Made by a program: the position numbers and the translations under genes. The notes under the pieces are model-generated. The model searched no databases and was not told where the DNA came from. It saw only the letters and a list, made by a program, of their open reading frames with translations. 64,000 nucleotides of DNA, taken from NCBI GenBank assembly GCA_951406725.2, contig OX597825.1, positions 124,001 through 188,000 of the forward strand, in the 5' to 3' direction. Positions 35,233 to 49,350 of the stretch are shown piece by piece. The stretch comes from Octopus vulgaris. Its lineage: Eukaryota. How positions within the stretch are numbered: position 1 is the first letter of the stretch; each line of letters opens with the position of its first letter.

Positions 35233-35865
35233 ACTCATTATGAAAATGTTTCACACGTACATATGAACATTATTGTACAGCATTACATCGCTTCTGTTAT
35301 CACGAATAGTATCAAAACATGTCCAAAGTTGTCACTCTTACTTGCCAAGGTTTGACTGAAATAATATTAATAATTGAGCTAATGTTTTCTTAATAGACAG
35401 ATATTATAGCATGCAAATGTGGGTGTGTGTTCAGTGTAAGGCACTCTAGTATTCAGCTCACAAACTGCATGAGTTTAACCACAGCCCTGCCCTTTGGAGG
35501 TATGCTCATTGAGCAAATGATGAGCAGTTTGAGTAATGATGTTACCCTGTATCTTTATAGAAACCAGACGTAATGGCAACAACCAGTTAGTACAGGATAA
35601 CGAAATTATGCTGAACTATACCAGGGCGATATTCAAGCATTCCAGAGCAAGGCATCAATGTCTAGCTAACACTGATGGTTCTTAGGTCTCAATATGATAA
35701 GTATCAGTGTTGCACTTATGTTTGTATTTTAGTGTGGGCTGCTGGTGCTGATCTGAGTTGCCTTGTAAAAGCTGTATTTGAGTTGGTAATTTATTGCTTG
35801 TTGGTTGTCCTTGCTTAGTGGGTCTGATACCCACTGCTGCTATATCTGATCTATCATAGCCAGAT

Positions 35866-36250
35866 CATCACCATCATCGTTTAGCGTCTGCTTTCCATGC
35901 TAGCATGGGTTGGACGATTTGGCTGAGGTCTGGTGAACCAAACTCCAATCTGATCTGGCAGAGTTTCTACAGCTGGATGCCCTTTCTAACGCCAACCACT
36001 CCGAGAGTGTAGTGGGTGCTTTTTACGTACCACTGGCACAGGTGCCAGGGGAGGCTGGCAACAGCCACGATTGGTTGGTGCTTTTTACGTGCCAGTGGCA
36101 TGGAGGCCAGTCGAGGCAGCACTTGCAACGGCCACATTCGGATGGTTCTTTTTACATGCCGCCGGCACAGGTATCATAACTACAATTTCCATTTGATATT
36201 TATTTTGATGTTGATGCACTTGACTCAATAACTCTCCTCAAGCACAGCAT
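35866..36250 (-). mobile_element. RTE LINE 3' UTR fragment
   Basis: Shared terminus and monomers. Confidence 0.8.
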
Positions 36251-36452
36251 GTACCTATTTAATCCATGTGAAATGGTATAGTAAAGAATATTTTCTCATT
36301 TCTAAAAATTTATATTAATTCAATCATATAGATACATGATTTTGATTTAATCATATGGATACACTTATTATAATTTCATTATATAAATACACCAATGCTT
36401 TAAATTAATACTCAAATAAACTGGTCTGTTTCTGTTTTTCTTCTCTTTACAG

Positions 36453-36530
36453 ATGTTGGTTTCCATATTGGTAAAGGATCAAATATTTCATCTTTGGTCA
36501 TGCAAGTACATTACAAAAACAAATTTACAG
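36453..36530 (+). CDS. PAM: PAM/PHM coding exon 5 (CuH third His)
   Basis: ttacAG|(N)VGFHIGKGSNISSLVMQVHYKNKFT|GTGATG. VGF and QVHY match rat Q170/H172. Phase 1 to phase 1. Confidence 0.95.
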
Positions 36531-36780
36531 GTGATGCAACTTTTCAGTTTTTTATCAGCTTATTATGGGATCTGTTTCTGGCCCTGTTATGTTTTGCTTT
36601 AATTACTTCCTGATAGAGCATAGAAAGTAAACACACAAGATTAATGATTGATGCATGTATTTATCTTCACAATGTTTTTCATTTCATGGGGTAAGAGAGA
36701 ACTGGTTTGATTTCAGTTCATAGCTGTACCTGTTTCATGTCATTTCATATTGTTTTAGATATAATTGTTTTATAGTCTTA

Positions 36781-37251
36781 CTAGCAGAAATACATGTCGT
36801 TGACTGGATTCAGAAAGAGTCTTCAAAAATTATACTCTGATTTATGAAAGTTAATGCTTCGATACTATTGAATGTCTTGTAGCAGAATATTGTCAGGTTT
36901 CGGCCCCAAAAGTTATAATATTTTACTAATGGGTCTGCTGATAGTCAGTCTCTTCTATTCTTTCTCTTTTCCTACGCTGAGATTGCTTAGGTAATTTTTT
37001 TGGAGGCATTGTAGGGGGACTTAACTCATGTTAGCAAACTTGGAGATTTCACTGACGTAAAAATTGGTAAAAGTTATGGTTGAAAAGCTATTTTTACCGC
37101 TATCCTGGGGTGCCTCGGGAAAAATAAATTGACAAAAGCACAGCAATGATCTTGACCAATGTCCTAAAATTGGAGGGACATGCATGCTAATTTGTGGGCG
37201 TGCATAAAGTACATTCACATACACACACATCCTACCTTTTATAGATATAGA
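36781..37251 (-). mobile_element. Non-autonomous Helitron (degenerate)
   Basis: The minus strand begins A|TCTATATCTATAAAAG and ends CTAG|T. The subterminal hairpin is decayed. Confidence 0.55.
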
Positions 37252-37495
37252 TGTTAATTAGTAACAGTAGAATTATGTGAGATCATAAAATTTCTGTGCT
37301 CATGCCTACTGGATTTTAATGGAATAGCTTGCCATTTACTACAAAAGGAAGATAAATGACCCTCTCCGCTGACATTTTTGAAGTGTGTAATATGTCTATA
37401 ATTGATTATTGACTCCTTGAAATTATGGATTGCAACACTTCACTTTATTATTGTCTATAATTTAGATGTGAATGCTACATAACCTCACTTCTTAT

Positions 37496-38018
37496 TCTAC
37501 CTATATAAAAGAGGAAAAAAAACTTGGCTTTCGTAAGGATTCAATGGCACTAGACGTGCTAGGATTGAGCTGAAAATTTACACACCTATAGAAGGCGTGG
37601 TGTAGTTACGGCCAGAGTAGGTTTCAAGTCTCTATCTCGATAACAAAGGCCCGAAACAATGCATTTTCTGCGAGTGAGTGGATGTCATACAGTATTGCCT
37701 TGAGTTGTGTTCAAGCAACATGTTGGATTCTACGCATGACTATGCGCATGTTTGCACGAATGCAATGGAAAAATGGGGCGAAAACATGTTCAATTTTTGA
37801 GTTTTTCGAAAAAAAAAATATGAGCATATACGTAGAAAAATTTCCTGAATCGATTGGAGCAAGTCTGAATTCTCTAGCTTGAAAAATGCAAATTCTAGCA
37901 GTTTTGAGCGTGCCTTTTTAAAGAGTTCTCATAATGCAAAATTTTTACTTTTCAAAAATTCCAATTCTAAAGGGTCGAAAAGAAAACAAACCCGAGCAAC
38001 GCCAGGCTATACTGCTAG
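37496..38018 (+). mobile_element. Non-autonomous Helitron
   Basis: 5' TCTACCTATATAAAAG ... hairpin CCCGAGCAACGCCAGG ... CTAG|T 3'. Confidence 0.7.
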
Positions 38019-39104
38019 TCTGCAATAAACCTGAAACTTGAAGTTCAGAATTTGTGAGAAAATTAGAGTGAAACCTGTTGAGTACCTTTGTCAGTGATCT
38101 GCTTTCAATGCCAACGTGTGACCATTTCATTTTATGTCATTAATATTCTTGAACATTATGCTAATTTTCTCACTGATATAAAAATAAGAAGACTCATGCC
38201 TACAAAACAAATCAATAGACAACATGCTACATATCAGAAATGCAGTGTATGGGCAGAATCATATGACCAGCGGACAAAAATGTCTGGAGATATATTTAAC
38301 TATGGCCTTTTACAATGTGGTATCACTTCCAACTGAAGTCAGCCTTGCTTTCCATCCCCAAGGGATCTGTAGCGGTCAGTAGATATTTGATTAGGTAAAC
38401 ATTATTAATGATGAAATGTCGAAGTCAGCAGTTGTGACGATAAGAGTTTGTTATTAAAACAGCAAGTTGTAAGATGTCAAAGATAGACAATATATTGAAG
38501 TTTAAGGGCGGGTTGATAAATCCAAAAATATGTGAAAGTTAGATGCGTTTGGGTTCTCTTCATTACATAGTTTGGCATATACGAATAGTTAGTAGTAATT
38601 TACAGATAGCGATAGAATGATGTTGTAAGAGAATAGAATTAGAGCTAGAGAGAACGGTAGGGTTTTGTCTCACAGTTGCTTTCTCAGCCAGACCTCGTAG
38701 AGTTGTCACCAGCTGGTGACTAACTGATTTTTGCTTGGGATGTGCTTGCTTATTTTAAGATCCAGAAGGATAGATATATATCATTAAGAACAATAGATTT
38801 AGTTGGTGGTCTTGTTATCTCTATTCTAGCCTTTAGTGAAGTAGAAGAGGTTAGAAAGGGTCAAGTGGTGAAGACATTATTTCGACCTAGCTAATGGCAT
38901 CTGGGAAATATAAATCTGCTGTCAGAGAAAAACCATTGTTCTATCGTGGGAAAAGTTCTGTAGCAGTGTTGATTTAAATTTGGCTATGGTGGATCGAATC
39001 TGCTTCATGCATGCAAGATTCGCTACAGATCTATAAAATAAAATACCTGTTAAGGATTGAGGTCAGTTTTATTAACTTTAGCCTCTTATTCTCAAAAAGT
39101 CTTC

Positions 39105-39855
39105 ATGTGAACGTGACCTGTGTGTTATTGTCGAGAGCGATTTGCGTTGGAAAAAACACATTGCTAAAATTGCCAAGAAGGCTGAGGGTGTCTTGGCATC
39201 ACTCACCAACTCCTTTGTGAGCCACTCTCCAGCTATCTATCTGCGGCTTTATATAGCTATGGTAATACCTCACCTGGAATTTGCATCACCAGTCTGGAAC
39301 CCCTATCTTGCCCAGGATATTAATTGTCTGGAAGCCATTCAGCGACGTGCAACCAAAAGAATACTTTCCATCAGGCATTTGCCATATTCTGAACGCCCTA
39401 CTTCCCTGAGCATGGACACATTGAAACTCCGACATCTGGCAGCTGACTTGGCAGACACCCATAAAATTATTAACCATCTTACAAACAATAACTCTGAGCA
39501 CCTTTACAAACTCCACCTGTCTAACACCCGTGGACATATTTACAAAGTCAGAAAACAGCACAGCTCCCATGACTTTCAGAAACATTTTTTCACGCTGAGA
39601 GTTGCTGAAGCATGGAACAAACTGCCAGCATCAGTTGTTAGTTGTCAGAGCACTGCATCCTTCAAAACTTTCATGCTTCCTGAGATTCGCCAACACTACA
39701 CCTGATTTTCTCCCCTCCATACACACGCAAACATGTATCTGACTCATACACTGTTCACTTTCCAGACATTTGTACTGCATATGCTCTATATGCACTTTTG
39801 ACAAGTTGTGGTGCACCTGAGCACTGTATACAATAATTTCATTATTATTTATTAT
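39105..39855 (+). mobile_element. CR1-clade LINE 3' fragment
   Basis: Same ORF end as the 32.3-33.0 kb copy, with an (ATT)n tail. Confidence 0.92.
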
Positions 39856-39963
39856 TAAAATGTGTAACCCTCTTCCAATGTTAGAAATCAATGTCATGTA
39901 ACATGGATTATAAAACATTGATAATGAATTTGGCATCAAACATATATAGGTTTATCTTAGATA

Positions 39964-41218
39964 CATCATCGTTTAACGTCCACTTTCCATGCTGGCATGG
40001 GTTGGGCGATTTGACTGAGGTCTGGCGAACCAGATGGCTGCACCAGACTCCAATCTGATCTGGCAGAGTTTCTACAGCTTGATGCCCTTCCTAACACCAA
40101 CCACTCTGAGAGTGTAGTGGCTGCTTTCACGTGCCACCAGCACAATTGCTAGTAAGGCGACGCAGGAAACGATCATGCTCAAATTGTGTTTTTTAATGTG
40201 TCATTGGCACGGAGGCCAGCTTGTTGCTCTGGGAACGATCTCACTTGTATGGTACTCTTAGAGCTCCACTGGCATGGGTGCCAGTCATCGAATTTGATTT
40301 CGATTTTGATTCACTTGCCTCAACAAGTCTTCGCAAGCTAACAAATTGCAATATTTTATTAAGACCTTGAATAGTTAGTTCAATTACTTTGTAAATTGGA
40401 AAATTGTTATCTATCAATTTATAAAATTATTTTTATTAGTGAAAGAACATGTTTGGGTTTTACTGATTTCAAGTACTATTAGTGACAAAACATTTAGTTG
40501 TATGTTTAAGTTTACTTTTAAAAGTTTGAGGCTGAAAAAGTCAATTTTGAATTAGTGAGGTTGGAAACACTTCAACAGAAAGATTTAAAAGTGATATGTT
40601 TTTGCTAGCCACATGGCTTTAAGGCATCAGGGTATGAAAGCTCGTCAGTGGACATTAATAGCAAAATTAGGTTATGGCAACAAAGTCATGGTATGATCTC
40701 TAAAAGATTTAAATTGTCTTCCAACTGTTTGTGGAGAATGAGTAGATTAGATGTAGTAGTCTTTAGGACTTTGGCAATTTACTGCATATCTCATCTGATG
40801 AAGTTATGCAAAATCATCATCATCATATGTCCGCTTTCCATGCTAGGATGGGTTGGACGATTTTGACTGAGGGCTGGCGAATAAGACGGCCGCACCAGGC
40901 TCCAATCTTGATCTGGCAGAGTTTCTACAGCTGGATGCCCTTCCTAACATCAACCACTCCGAGAGTGTAGTGGGTGGTTTTGACGTGCCACCGGCACGGG
41001 ACCAGTCAGACGATACTGGCAACGACCTCGCTCAAATCTTTTTACACATGCCACCAGCACGGGTGCCAGTAAGGCGATGCTGGTAATGATCACGCTCGAA
41101 TGGTGCACTTTTATGTGCCACCGATACGGAATCCAGTTGGCTGCTCTGTCAACGATCACATTTGTATGGTGCTCTTTGCACCCCGCTAGCACGGATGCCA
41201 GTCATCGAATTTGATTTT
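39964..41218 (-). mobile_element. Two RTE 3' fragments
   Basis: Approximately 39964-40340 and 40813-41218, both with the shared terminus. Confidence 0.8.
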
Positions 41219-41398
41219 GTCATACTTATGTCATCTGAAGTATGGATGATGCTGGGAAGCTGTGAAGTGGTAACTATTTGGATTGTCTAGTCTACTCTAT
41301 ATCAGACCTGTTCATTCTTGTCTTGGTACATCTGCACTGCAATTATCAATTGACTGGAAGTATTAACAAATGATTGTGCTGCTGAAGAAAGATATGTT

Positions 41399-42090
41399 CT
41401 CTTTTACTTGTTTCAGTCATTTGACTGCAGCCATACTGGAGCACCACCTTTAGTTGAATAGATCGACCCCAGGACTTATAATAATAATAATAATGAAATT
41501 ATTGTATACAGTGCTCAGGTGCATCACAACTTGTCAAAAGTGCGTATAAAGCATATGCAGTAATGTACAAATGTCTGGAAAGTGAACAGTGTATGAGTCA
41601 GATACATGCTTGCATGTGTATGGAGGGGAGAAAATCAGGTGTAGTGTTGGCAAATCTCAGGAAGCACGGAAGTTTTGAAAGATGCAGTGCCCCGACAACT
41701 AACAACTGATGCTGGCAGTTTGTTCCATGCTTCAGCAACTCTCAGCGTGAAAAAATGTTTCTGAAAGACTTATTCTTTGTAAGTCTAGTACTTATTCTAT
41801 TGGTCTATTTTTGCCAAACAGCTAAGTGACGGGTACGTAAACACACTAACATCGCTTGTCAAGTGATGGTGGGGTGGCAGACACAAACAACAAACACATA
41901 CATACATATATATGTGTGTGTGTATACAACAGGCTTCTTTCAGTTTCCATCTATCAAATCCACTCACAAGGCTTTGGTCAGCCTGAGGCTATAGTAGAAG
42001 ACACTTGCCCAACGTGCCACGCAGTGGAACTGAACCCGGAACCATGTTGTTGGGAAGCAAGCTTCTTACCACACAGCCACTCCTGTACCT
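41399..42090 (-). mobile_element. SINE family B interrupted by a CR1 3' fragment (41480-41766)
   Basis: The SINE body is split at GACTTAT, which is duplicated at 41473-41479 and 41767-41773 (TSD). Confidence 0.85.
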
Positions 42091-42312
42091 ATTGTAGATA
42101 ATGTTGTGGATAATTTCTTAGGTTCATAACTTTCTAAGATGTTAGTCAAGATGTTGGTAATTGTCTTTGTAGCCAAGCCTGCATAAACTCATGAAATTTC
42201 AGAAAGGTCTATTCAAAACAACCTGAACCTTTACATAGGACTCCTTAGAGAGTCTAGGAAGATGATTCAGTTTCAGGGGAGGCTTTGACTTATTTGAATC
42301 AATAGTGTTTTG

Positions 42313-45300
42313 TGAAATCAAAATCAAATTTGATGACTGGCATCCGTGCTAGCAGGGTGCAAAGAGCACCATACGAGGGTGATCATTGACAGAGCTAGTA
42401 GTAGTGTGATCGTTGCCAGAGCAGCCAACTCGCTCGGTGCTGGTGGCACATAAAAGGGCACCATTCGAGCGTGATCGTTACCAACGTTGCCTTACTGGCA
42501 CCTATGCCGGTGGCATGTGTAAAAAGATTCAAGTGAGGTCATTGCCAGTACCGCCCGACTGGCTCCTGTGCCGTGGCATGTAAAAGGGCACCATTCGAGC
42601 GTGATCGTTACCAACGTCGCCTTATTGGCACTTGTGCTAGTGGCATGTTTAAAAAGATTATGGTGGGGTCATTGCCACTACCACCTGACTGGCCCCCATG
42701 CCGGTGGCACGTAAAAAGCACCCACTACACTCTCAGAGTGGTTGACGTTAGGAAGTGCATCCAGCTGTAGAAACTCTGCCAGATCAAGATTGGAGCCTGG
42801 TGCAGCCATCTGGTTCACCAGCCCTCAGTCAAATTGTCCAACCCATGCTAGCATGGAAAGCAGACGTTAAACGATGATGATGATAATGATGAGGGATGGC
42901 CACTGATGCTTGATGTCTCTCCTAATTGCAGCATGATCCACTTTTGTCTTCAGAGTTTGGACTGTTGCATTATACAGTATAAGAATAGTTATCCAATTCC
43001 ATGGCATATGACATTTAGTATTTTGTGAACCAGCTGGTCACTATAACCAGATTACAATAGCTGCTCTTTAACTTTTCATGGAAGGAACAGATTCCTTTGG
43101 TCAGAAAATTAACCTCTATATGAATAGCTATTGATCGAAATCAATCAAAATATCAATGGAAATGGTAGCTGTGATACCAGTGTCGGTGGCACGTAAAAAG
43201 AACCGTCCGAACAAGGCCGTTGCCAGTGCCGCCCCGACTGGCCTCCGTGCCAGTGGCACGTAAAAAGCACCAACTGATCGTGGCCACTGCCAGCCTCGCC
43301 TGGCACCTAAATAGCACCCATTACACTCACGGAGTGGTTGGCATTAGGAAGGGCATCAAGCTGTAGAAACACTGCTAGATCAGACTGGAGCCTGGTGCAG
43401 CCTCCTGGCTTCCCACACCCCGGTCGAACCGTCCAACCCGTGCTAGCACGGAAAGCAGACATTAAACGATCATGATGATGATGATGACTGACAGTTCTTT
43501 CAGAGTTGAGGAAAGTGGCTTTTCTGAAAGATTTTCAAGTTCTTTGCATTCTGAGTTCAAATCCTACAGTGGCCTGCTTGGATGATAGACTTAATGTTAA
43601 CTGGCTTAAGACCACCCCTGGCATCTTGAGTGCCTTCAGCAGCAGAGTCTATTTCACTGCATGTGTTCAGGCTAAGTCTCCAGTTTGGAGGGACCTTTCT
43701 CCTTTCCCCCAACCGATCTCAGAGGCTCTAAAATGTAATAGGCACTGCCTTGCCTTTTGTCTAAAAGTTAAAAGGGAGTATAGGGTTATAAGATTATTGG
43801 CTTGGGATTACTAGAAAGCACTATTAGCTCAGGATAAGTTTCATAGATATGGGTGCTGTCAGGCAGACAACTCCCAGATTTAGGGAGAGTAAGATTATTG
43901 TATTCCATACACTACTTTTGTTCAGTGAACCCAGTTCAATTCACTTGCCTGTATAATTATCAAGTGGGACTATCAAGTGTTAAATGAATGTGGCTATCAG
44001 CTAATTTCATTGTGGAAACCTCTTTATTGTGTCGGCTATAATGGCAAGAGACTAGTATAGAGGACTGGGGTAAAAGTGAACCTCTCATTAACTTCTTAAA
44101 AATCTTACTTAGTTCATCATCATCATCATCATCTTCATCGTTTAATGTCCGTTTTCCATGCTAGCATGGGTTGGATGGTTCGACCTGGGTCTGGGAAGCC
44201 AGGAGGCTGCACCAGGCTCCAGTCTGGTTTGGCAGTGTTTCTACAGCTGGATGCCCTTCCTAATGCCAACCACTCTGTGAGTGTAGTGATTGCTTTTTAC
44301 GTGCCACCGGCACAGGGGCCAGAGGAGGCTGGCAAATGGCACGATCGGTTGGTGCTTTTACGTGTCACTGACATGGACGCCAGTCAGGCGGCGCTGTCAA
44401 CTGCCACGTTCGGATGGTGCTTTTAACGTGTCACCGGCACGGATATCTTAACTACAATTTCTATTTGATTTTCATTTTGATGTTGGTGTTAACGTACTCG
44501 ACTCAATAGGTCAGGTACGTTGTTATTGTCAGTCCCAATCAAATAGACATGGCCATCCCATCTTTTTTCTCTTTCTATTTTTTTAAGCCCTTGGGTAGCC
44601 AATACTACATTTTCTTTCTTTTTTTAAATGCAAGGGATTTATGTGAGGGACTACCATAGAAGAGGAAAACAAAAAAAAAAGGGAGGATCTGTATTATTAA
44701 TGAAAGAGAGATGAGAGTGTCTAACAGAGTAGAAGAATGAGGTTTTACATTAATTGTGATGGAGTGTGAAAAAATGCCACACCCTAGCAGTTGAAGGAAC
44801 CTGTGGAAGTGGTAGACCCAGGAAAACCTGGGTCGAGGTGGTGAAGCATGACCTTCGAACTTTAGGTCTCACTGAGGCAATGACTAGTGACCGAGACCTT
44901 TGGAAATATGCTGTGTGTGAGAAGATCCGGCAGGACAAGTGAGCCCATGACCTTTACTTGGGATATAGCCAGTCCACTTATGCATACCTTTCCTTCTTGG
45001 GACACAAAACTCTGCTTGCAAAGACAAGTGAAATCGAAATCGATCAAAAAATCAATGGAAATTGTAGCTGTGATACCAGTGCCGGTGGCACGTAAAATGA
45101 TCCATCCGAACGTGGCCATTGCCAGTGCCGCCTCAACTGGCCTCCGTGCCGGTGGCATGTAAAAAGCACCCACTACACTCACAGAGTGGTTGGCGTTAGT
45201 AAGGGCATCCAGCTGTAGAAACACTGCCAGATCAGACTGGTGCAGCCTCCTGGCTTCCCAGACCGCGGTCGAACCGTCCAACCCATGCTAGCATGGAAAG

Positions 45301-46750
45301 CGGACGTTAAACGATGATGATGATGATGAAAGATGGCATATGTCAAGAGACTGTTGAAAACTGATTCTTTGGATTTGCATATGACACGTTTCTGTCTAAC
45401 AACTGTCTGTTTCTTAATTACATTGATTTGACTACAATGAAACCTTAGGGAAACTAAGATTCCTTTCTTTTTTTCAGACAAAATGTGAAAATGATATTCC
45501 AGATGTGAAATGTTCGATATTTGACTGTCGTATTTATTGATAAAATAAAAATGCTCTTTTTAAAAATTTTTGCTTCCTTATTTTCTTATTTGTATATTAC
45601 AGATGCACAGCCTGCAGATAATTCTGGATTATCTCTATATGTAACAAAGCATAAGTGAGTTTGAAATTCTAAAACATATTTCTCTATCTTATTTTCATTT
45701 TATAGGACAGACTCACTAAATCATACAACTGTACTTAATGTGAAGTACCAACAGCTTTATCTCCAACAACTAAGCTGTGAAGTGGCAATATGTCTTTTCT
45801 TTTGCCAGTAAACAAAAGTAAATCAACCAGATTGATGTGAGTTCTCTCCAAAACAGAATTTAATGTTTAAGACAGGATTTATCTTAATATGTTGGCTGAA
45901 AAAGAGAAAGAAATGGCTATTTTAGGTTCATAACTTCATAACCTAGGTTAGTGGACAGGAGGAATACTGGATGAAGTTAGCCCAGTTACTGTGCATTTTG
46001 GATTGGAACAGAATTATCTTTGTGCAAAGCAACATTCATCATCATTATCATCGTTTAACGTCCGTTTTCCATGCTAGCATAGGTTGGATGGTTCGACCGG
46101 GGTCTGGGAAGCCAGGAGGCTGCACCAGGCTCCAGTCTGATCTGGCAGAGTTTCTACAGCTGGATGCCCTTCCTAATGACAACCACTCTGAGAGTGTAGT
46201 GGGTGCTTTTTACGTGTCACTGGCACAGGGGCCAGATGAGGCTGGCAAATGGCCACAATCGGTTGGTGCTTTTTACGTGTCACCAACACGGATGCCAGTC
46301 AGGCAGCACTGGCAACTGCCATGTTCGGATGGTGCTTTTAACGTGTCACCGGCACGGATATCTTAACTACAATTTCCATTTGATTTTCATTTTGATGTTG
46401 GTGTTAACGTACTTGACTCAATAGGTCTCCTCAAGAACAGCAGGTCACTCTACGATCCAAGGTTAGCACAGCAGGCCGTCCTGCAAGCCATGGACTCCAT
46501 TTGTCAGGTCTTCGAAGTCACAGCATATCTCCAGAGGTCTCGGTCTTTCGTTATAGCCTCTGTGAGGCTCAATGTATGAAGGTCATGCTTGACCACCTTG
46601 TCCCATGTCTTCCTGGGTCTACCTCTACCCCGGATTCCTTCAACAGGTTGGGAGTGGCACTTTACACATCTCTCCTCATCCATCCATAGTACATGACCAT
46701 ACCAACGCAAACGTCTCTCCTGCACGCTGCATCCGATGCTTCTTATGCCC
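42313..46750. mobile_element. Five RTE 3' fragments in both orientations around exon 6
   Basis: Approximately 42313-42892(+), 43135-43487(+), 44114-44510(-), 44765-45327(+) and 46037-46750(-). Confidence 0.85.
45603..45654 (+). CDS. PAM: PAM/PHM coding exon 6
   Basis: ttacAG|(D)AQPADNSGLSLYVTKH(K)|GTGAGT. Contains the PHM 'D.SG' motif. Phase 1 to phase 2. Confidence 0.88.
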
Positions 46751-47556
46751 AATTATTTGGCAGTATATATTTTGTGTACCTGCTAATTCAAATTGCTTAC
46801 CTTTTCTTTACAACAAATAAACTGTTATGTATTTGGATCTTTAGTCATTATTGCTTAAGAGGTGTACCTTTTTTTCCCTTCCTAAACTCCTCACCATACT
46901 CAAACATATTCCTGAGGACTGCCTCACTAAAGAATATAAATTTGGTCCCTGACAAAGGCTTGACTACAGAACACTTTTCTGCACTCTTTTTTATGGCTTA
47001 GTTAGAGGTGGAAGGGCTATTTTTACAACCCTTTTTCAGTGCTTTTATGACTGGAGGGGAAAAAGTTATCCACAGAGTGGTGGTTGAGCCTAAATGCTTG
47101 ATAACAAAGTGGATTTTACTAAAGGGACCAAGGGGATAAATGATTATATTAAACCAATTGACAGATTATCACTCTTGTCTGTTTTCTTGAAATAGCAATC
47201 TTCAATCATCATTATGTTGTCTGTATCTAGTTATTCAATCTATTTTTCCAGCCTAAGAAAAAAGACGCTTATTAACAGTTTATATAAAGAAACAATTGTT
47301 CATGAACATGAAACTATTTTGTTGTTATTGATAGTAAAGTGCTGGATATCTTCTAATTTGTCATTAAACGAATATGGTAGTTGATGGCTTCACCTGATGT
47401 TTGACATTATACTGTACTTCAAACATAAACACACTTGTAAGCTGACACTAGTTCTTGGTAGCTGTATAACTTTCAATTTCATATGAAGACTACTTAGTCA
47501 TATGTTGTTTTAAGTTGAAAGTTTTACAGCTACCTAATTTAATATAAAGACTAGTT

Positions 47557-48060
47557 AAGAGAATACTCTCCATCAGGCATTTGCCATATTCTGAACACCT
47601 TACTTCCCCGGGCATGGATACATTGAAACTCCGACGTCTGGCAGCTGACTTGGCAGACACCCATAAAATTATTAACCATCTTACAAACAATAACTCTGAG
47701 CACCTTATCAAACTCCACCTGTCTAACACCTGTGGACATGTTTACTAAGTCAGAAAACAGCACAGCTCCTATGACTTTCGGAAACATTTTTTCATGCTAA
47801 GAGTTGCTGAAGTATGGAACAAACTGCCAGCATCAGTTGTTAGTTGTCGGAGCACTGCATCCTTCAAAACTTCCATGCTTCCTGAGATTCGCCAACACTA
47901 CACCTGATTTTCTCCCCTCCATACACACGTAAGCATGTATCTGACTCATACACTGTTCGCTTTCCAGATATTTGTACATTACTGCATATTCTTTATACGC
48001 ACTTTTGACAAGTTGTTGTGCACCTGAGCACTGTATACAATAATTTCATTATTATTATTT
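47557..48060 (+). mobile_element. CR1-clade LINE 3' fragment
   Basis: Same family as the other CR1 copies. The tail ends about 35 bp upstream of the exon 7 acceptor. Confidence 0.9.
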
Positions 48061-48096
48061 TATTTTAATTACATGTTTTTTTTTTCGTATTTTCAG

Positions 48097-48164
48097 ACAG
48101 AAGTATGCTGCAGGAATCTTTATTTTAGATTCTGATGATGGTTTTATTCCCAAATCTACTCCGC
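48097..48164 (+). CDS. PAM: PAM/PHM coding exon 7
   Basis: tttcAG|(K)QKYAAGIFILDSDDGFIPKSTP|GTAAGG. Contains the 'Q...AG' and 'IP' motifs. Phase 2 to phase 1. Confidence 0.88.
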
Positions 48165-48382
48165 GTAAGGTTAAATTATATATTACAGCATTGTTTATCA
48201 CATGCGAACAGCCTTTCTACTCTACATATTGTTGAGATAGTTTCTTCTAGAACAAACATTTATACGTATTTTCTGTCTAGAATGTAGCAGGTTTTATGAA
48301 AGAGCAGTTGAAATTTTCCTTCTTTATGAGGATAATAAAAAACAGCTGTTGTATGTAGCTTCAAACCAGGTGTTGCCTAATC

Positions 48383-48423
<41 letters not shown>

Positions 48424-49089
48424 AAGATATTATAAGAAACAAGTGTACTGTTCAAAAATCTAATGTTCAAACTTTCTATATTTTAATCAGATCAGATAAT
48501 TCTATATTCTTGAGGATTATTATTGTGATTAGTACCATATTTCTATTACTGTTAAGACAAAGTTGAGGGATGACAGAATTGAGGGGAGTTTTAGATAAAA
48601 TGGTTTGACATATTTAATTATGGTTCTTTATGTTCATAATTCAAATCTCATCAGAGTCCATCCTTTATAACTACATATCCTTGAAATCATTATTGTAATA
48701 TTAAGGGCAGTCGAACGCTTTAGAAAAGTCTACAAACACCATTGCAAGATCGTGATTAAATGCTTTTGATTCTTCAGTGAGTCTGCGTAGGCATAGTATT
48801 TGGCTCAACGTTGAGCGCCCATGTCTGAATCCATTTTGATTCTTTCGGAGCAAAGGTTCAACAAAAGGGACGAGACTGCCAATGTTGGTGTGTTTATGTC
48901 CCTGGAAAACAAGACAAGTAGAATAAGTACTGGGATCAATGCATTCGACTAAAATTCTTCAAGGAAGTGCCCCAGCATGGCCACAGTTTAATGTCTGAAA
49001 CAAGTAAAAGGTGAAAGATATGTATGTGTGTTTATAAAAACTAATATTTCTTATGTCAAGTCTCTTTATGTCCCTTAAACTAGCAATTT

Positions 49090-49350
49090 CATCATCATCA
49101 TCATCGTTTAACCTCCATTTTCCATGCTAGCATGGGTTGAACAGTTCAACCAGGGTCTGGGAAGCCAGGAGGCTGCACCAGGCTCCAGTCTGATCTGGCA
49201 GTGTTTCTACAGCTGGATGCCCTTCCTAACGCCAACCACTCCGTGAGTGTATTGGGTGCTTTTTACGTGCCACCGGCAAAGGGGCCAGAAGAGGCTGGCA
49301 ACGGCCATGATTGGTTGGTGCTTTTTATGTGCTACCGGCACAGGTGCCAG
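49090..49350 (-). mobile_element. RTE LINE 3' UTR fragment
   Basis: Shared terminus. Confidence 0.8.

Noticed and set aside
48097-48100. Alternative acceptor CAGACAG at exon 7
   Set aside because: The second AG shifts the frame by 4 nt and has no compensating donor.
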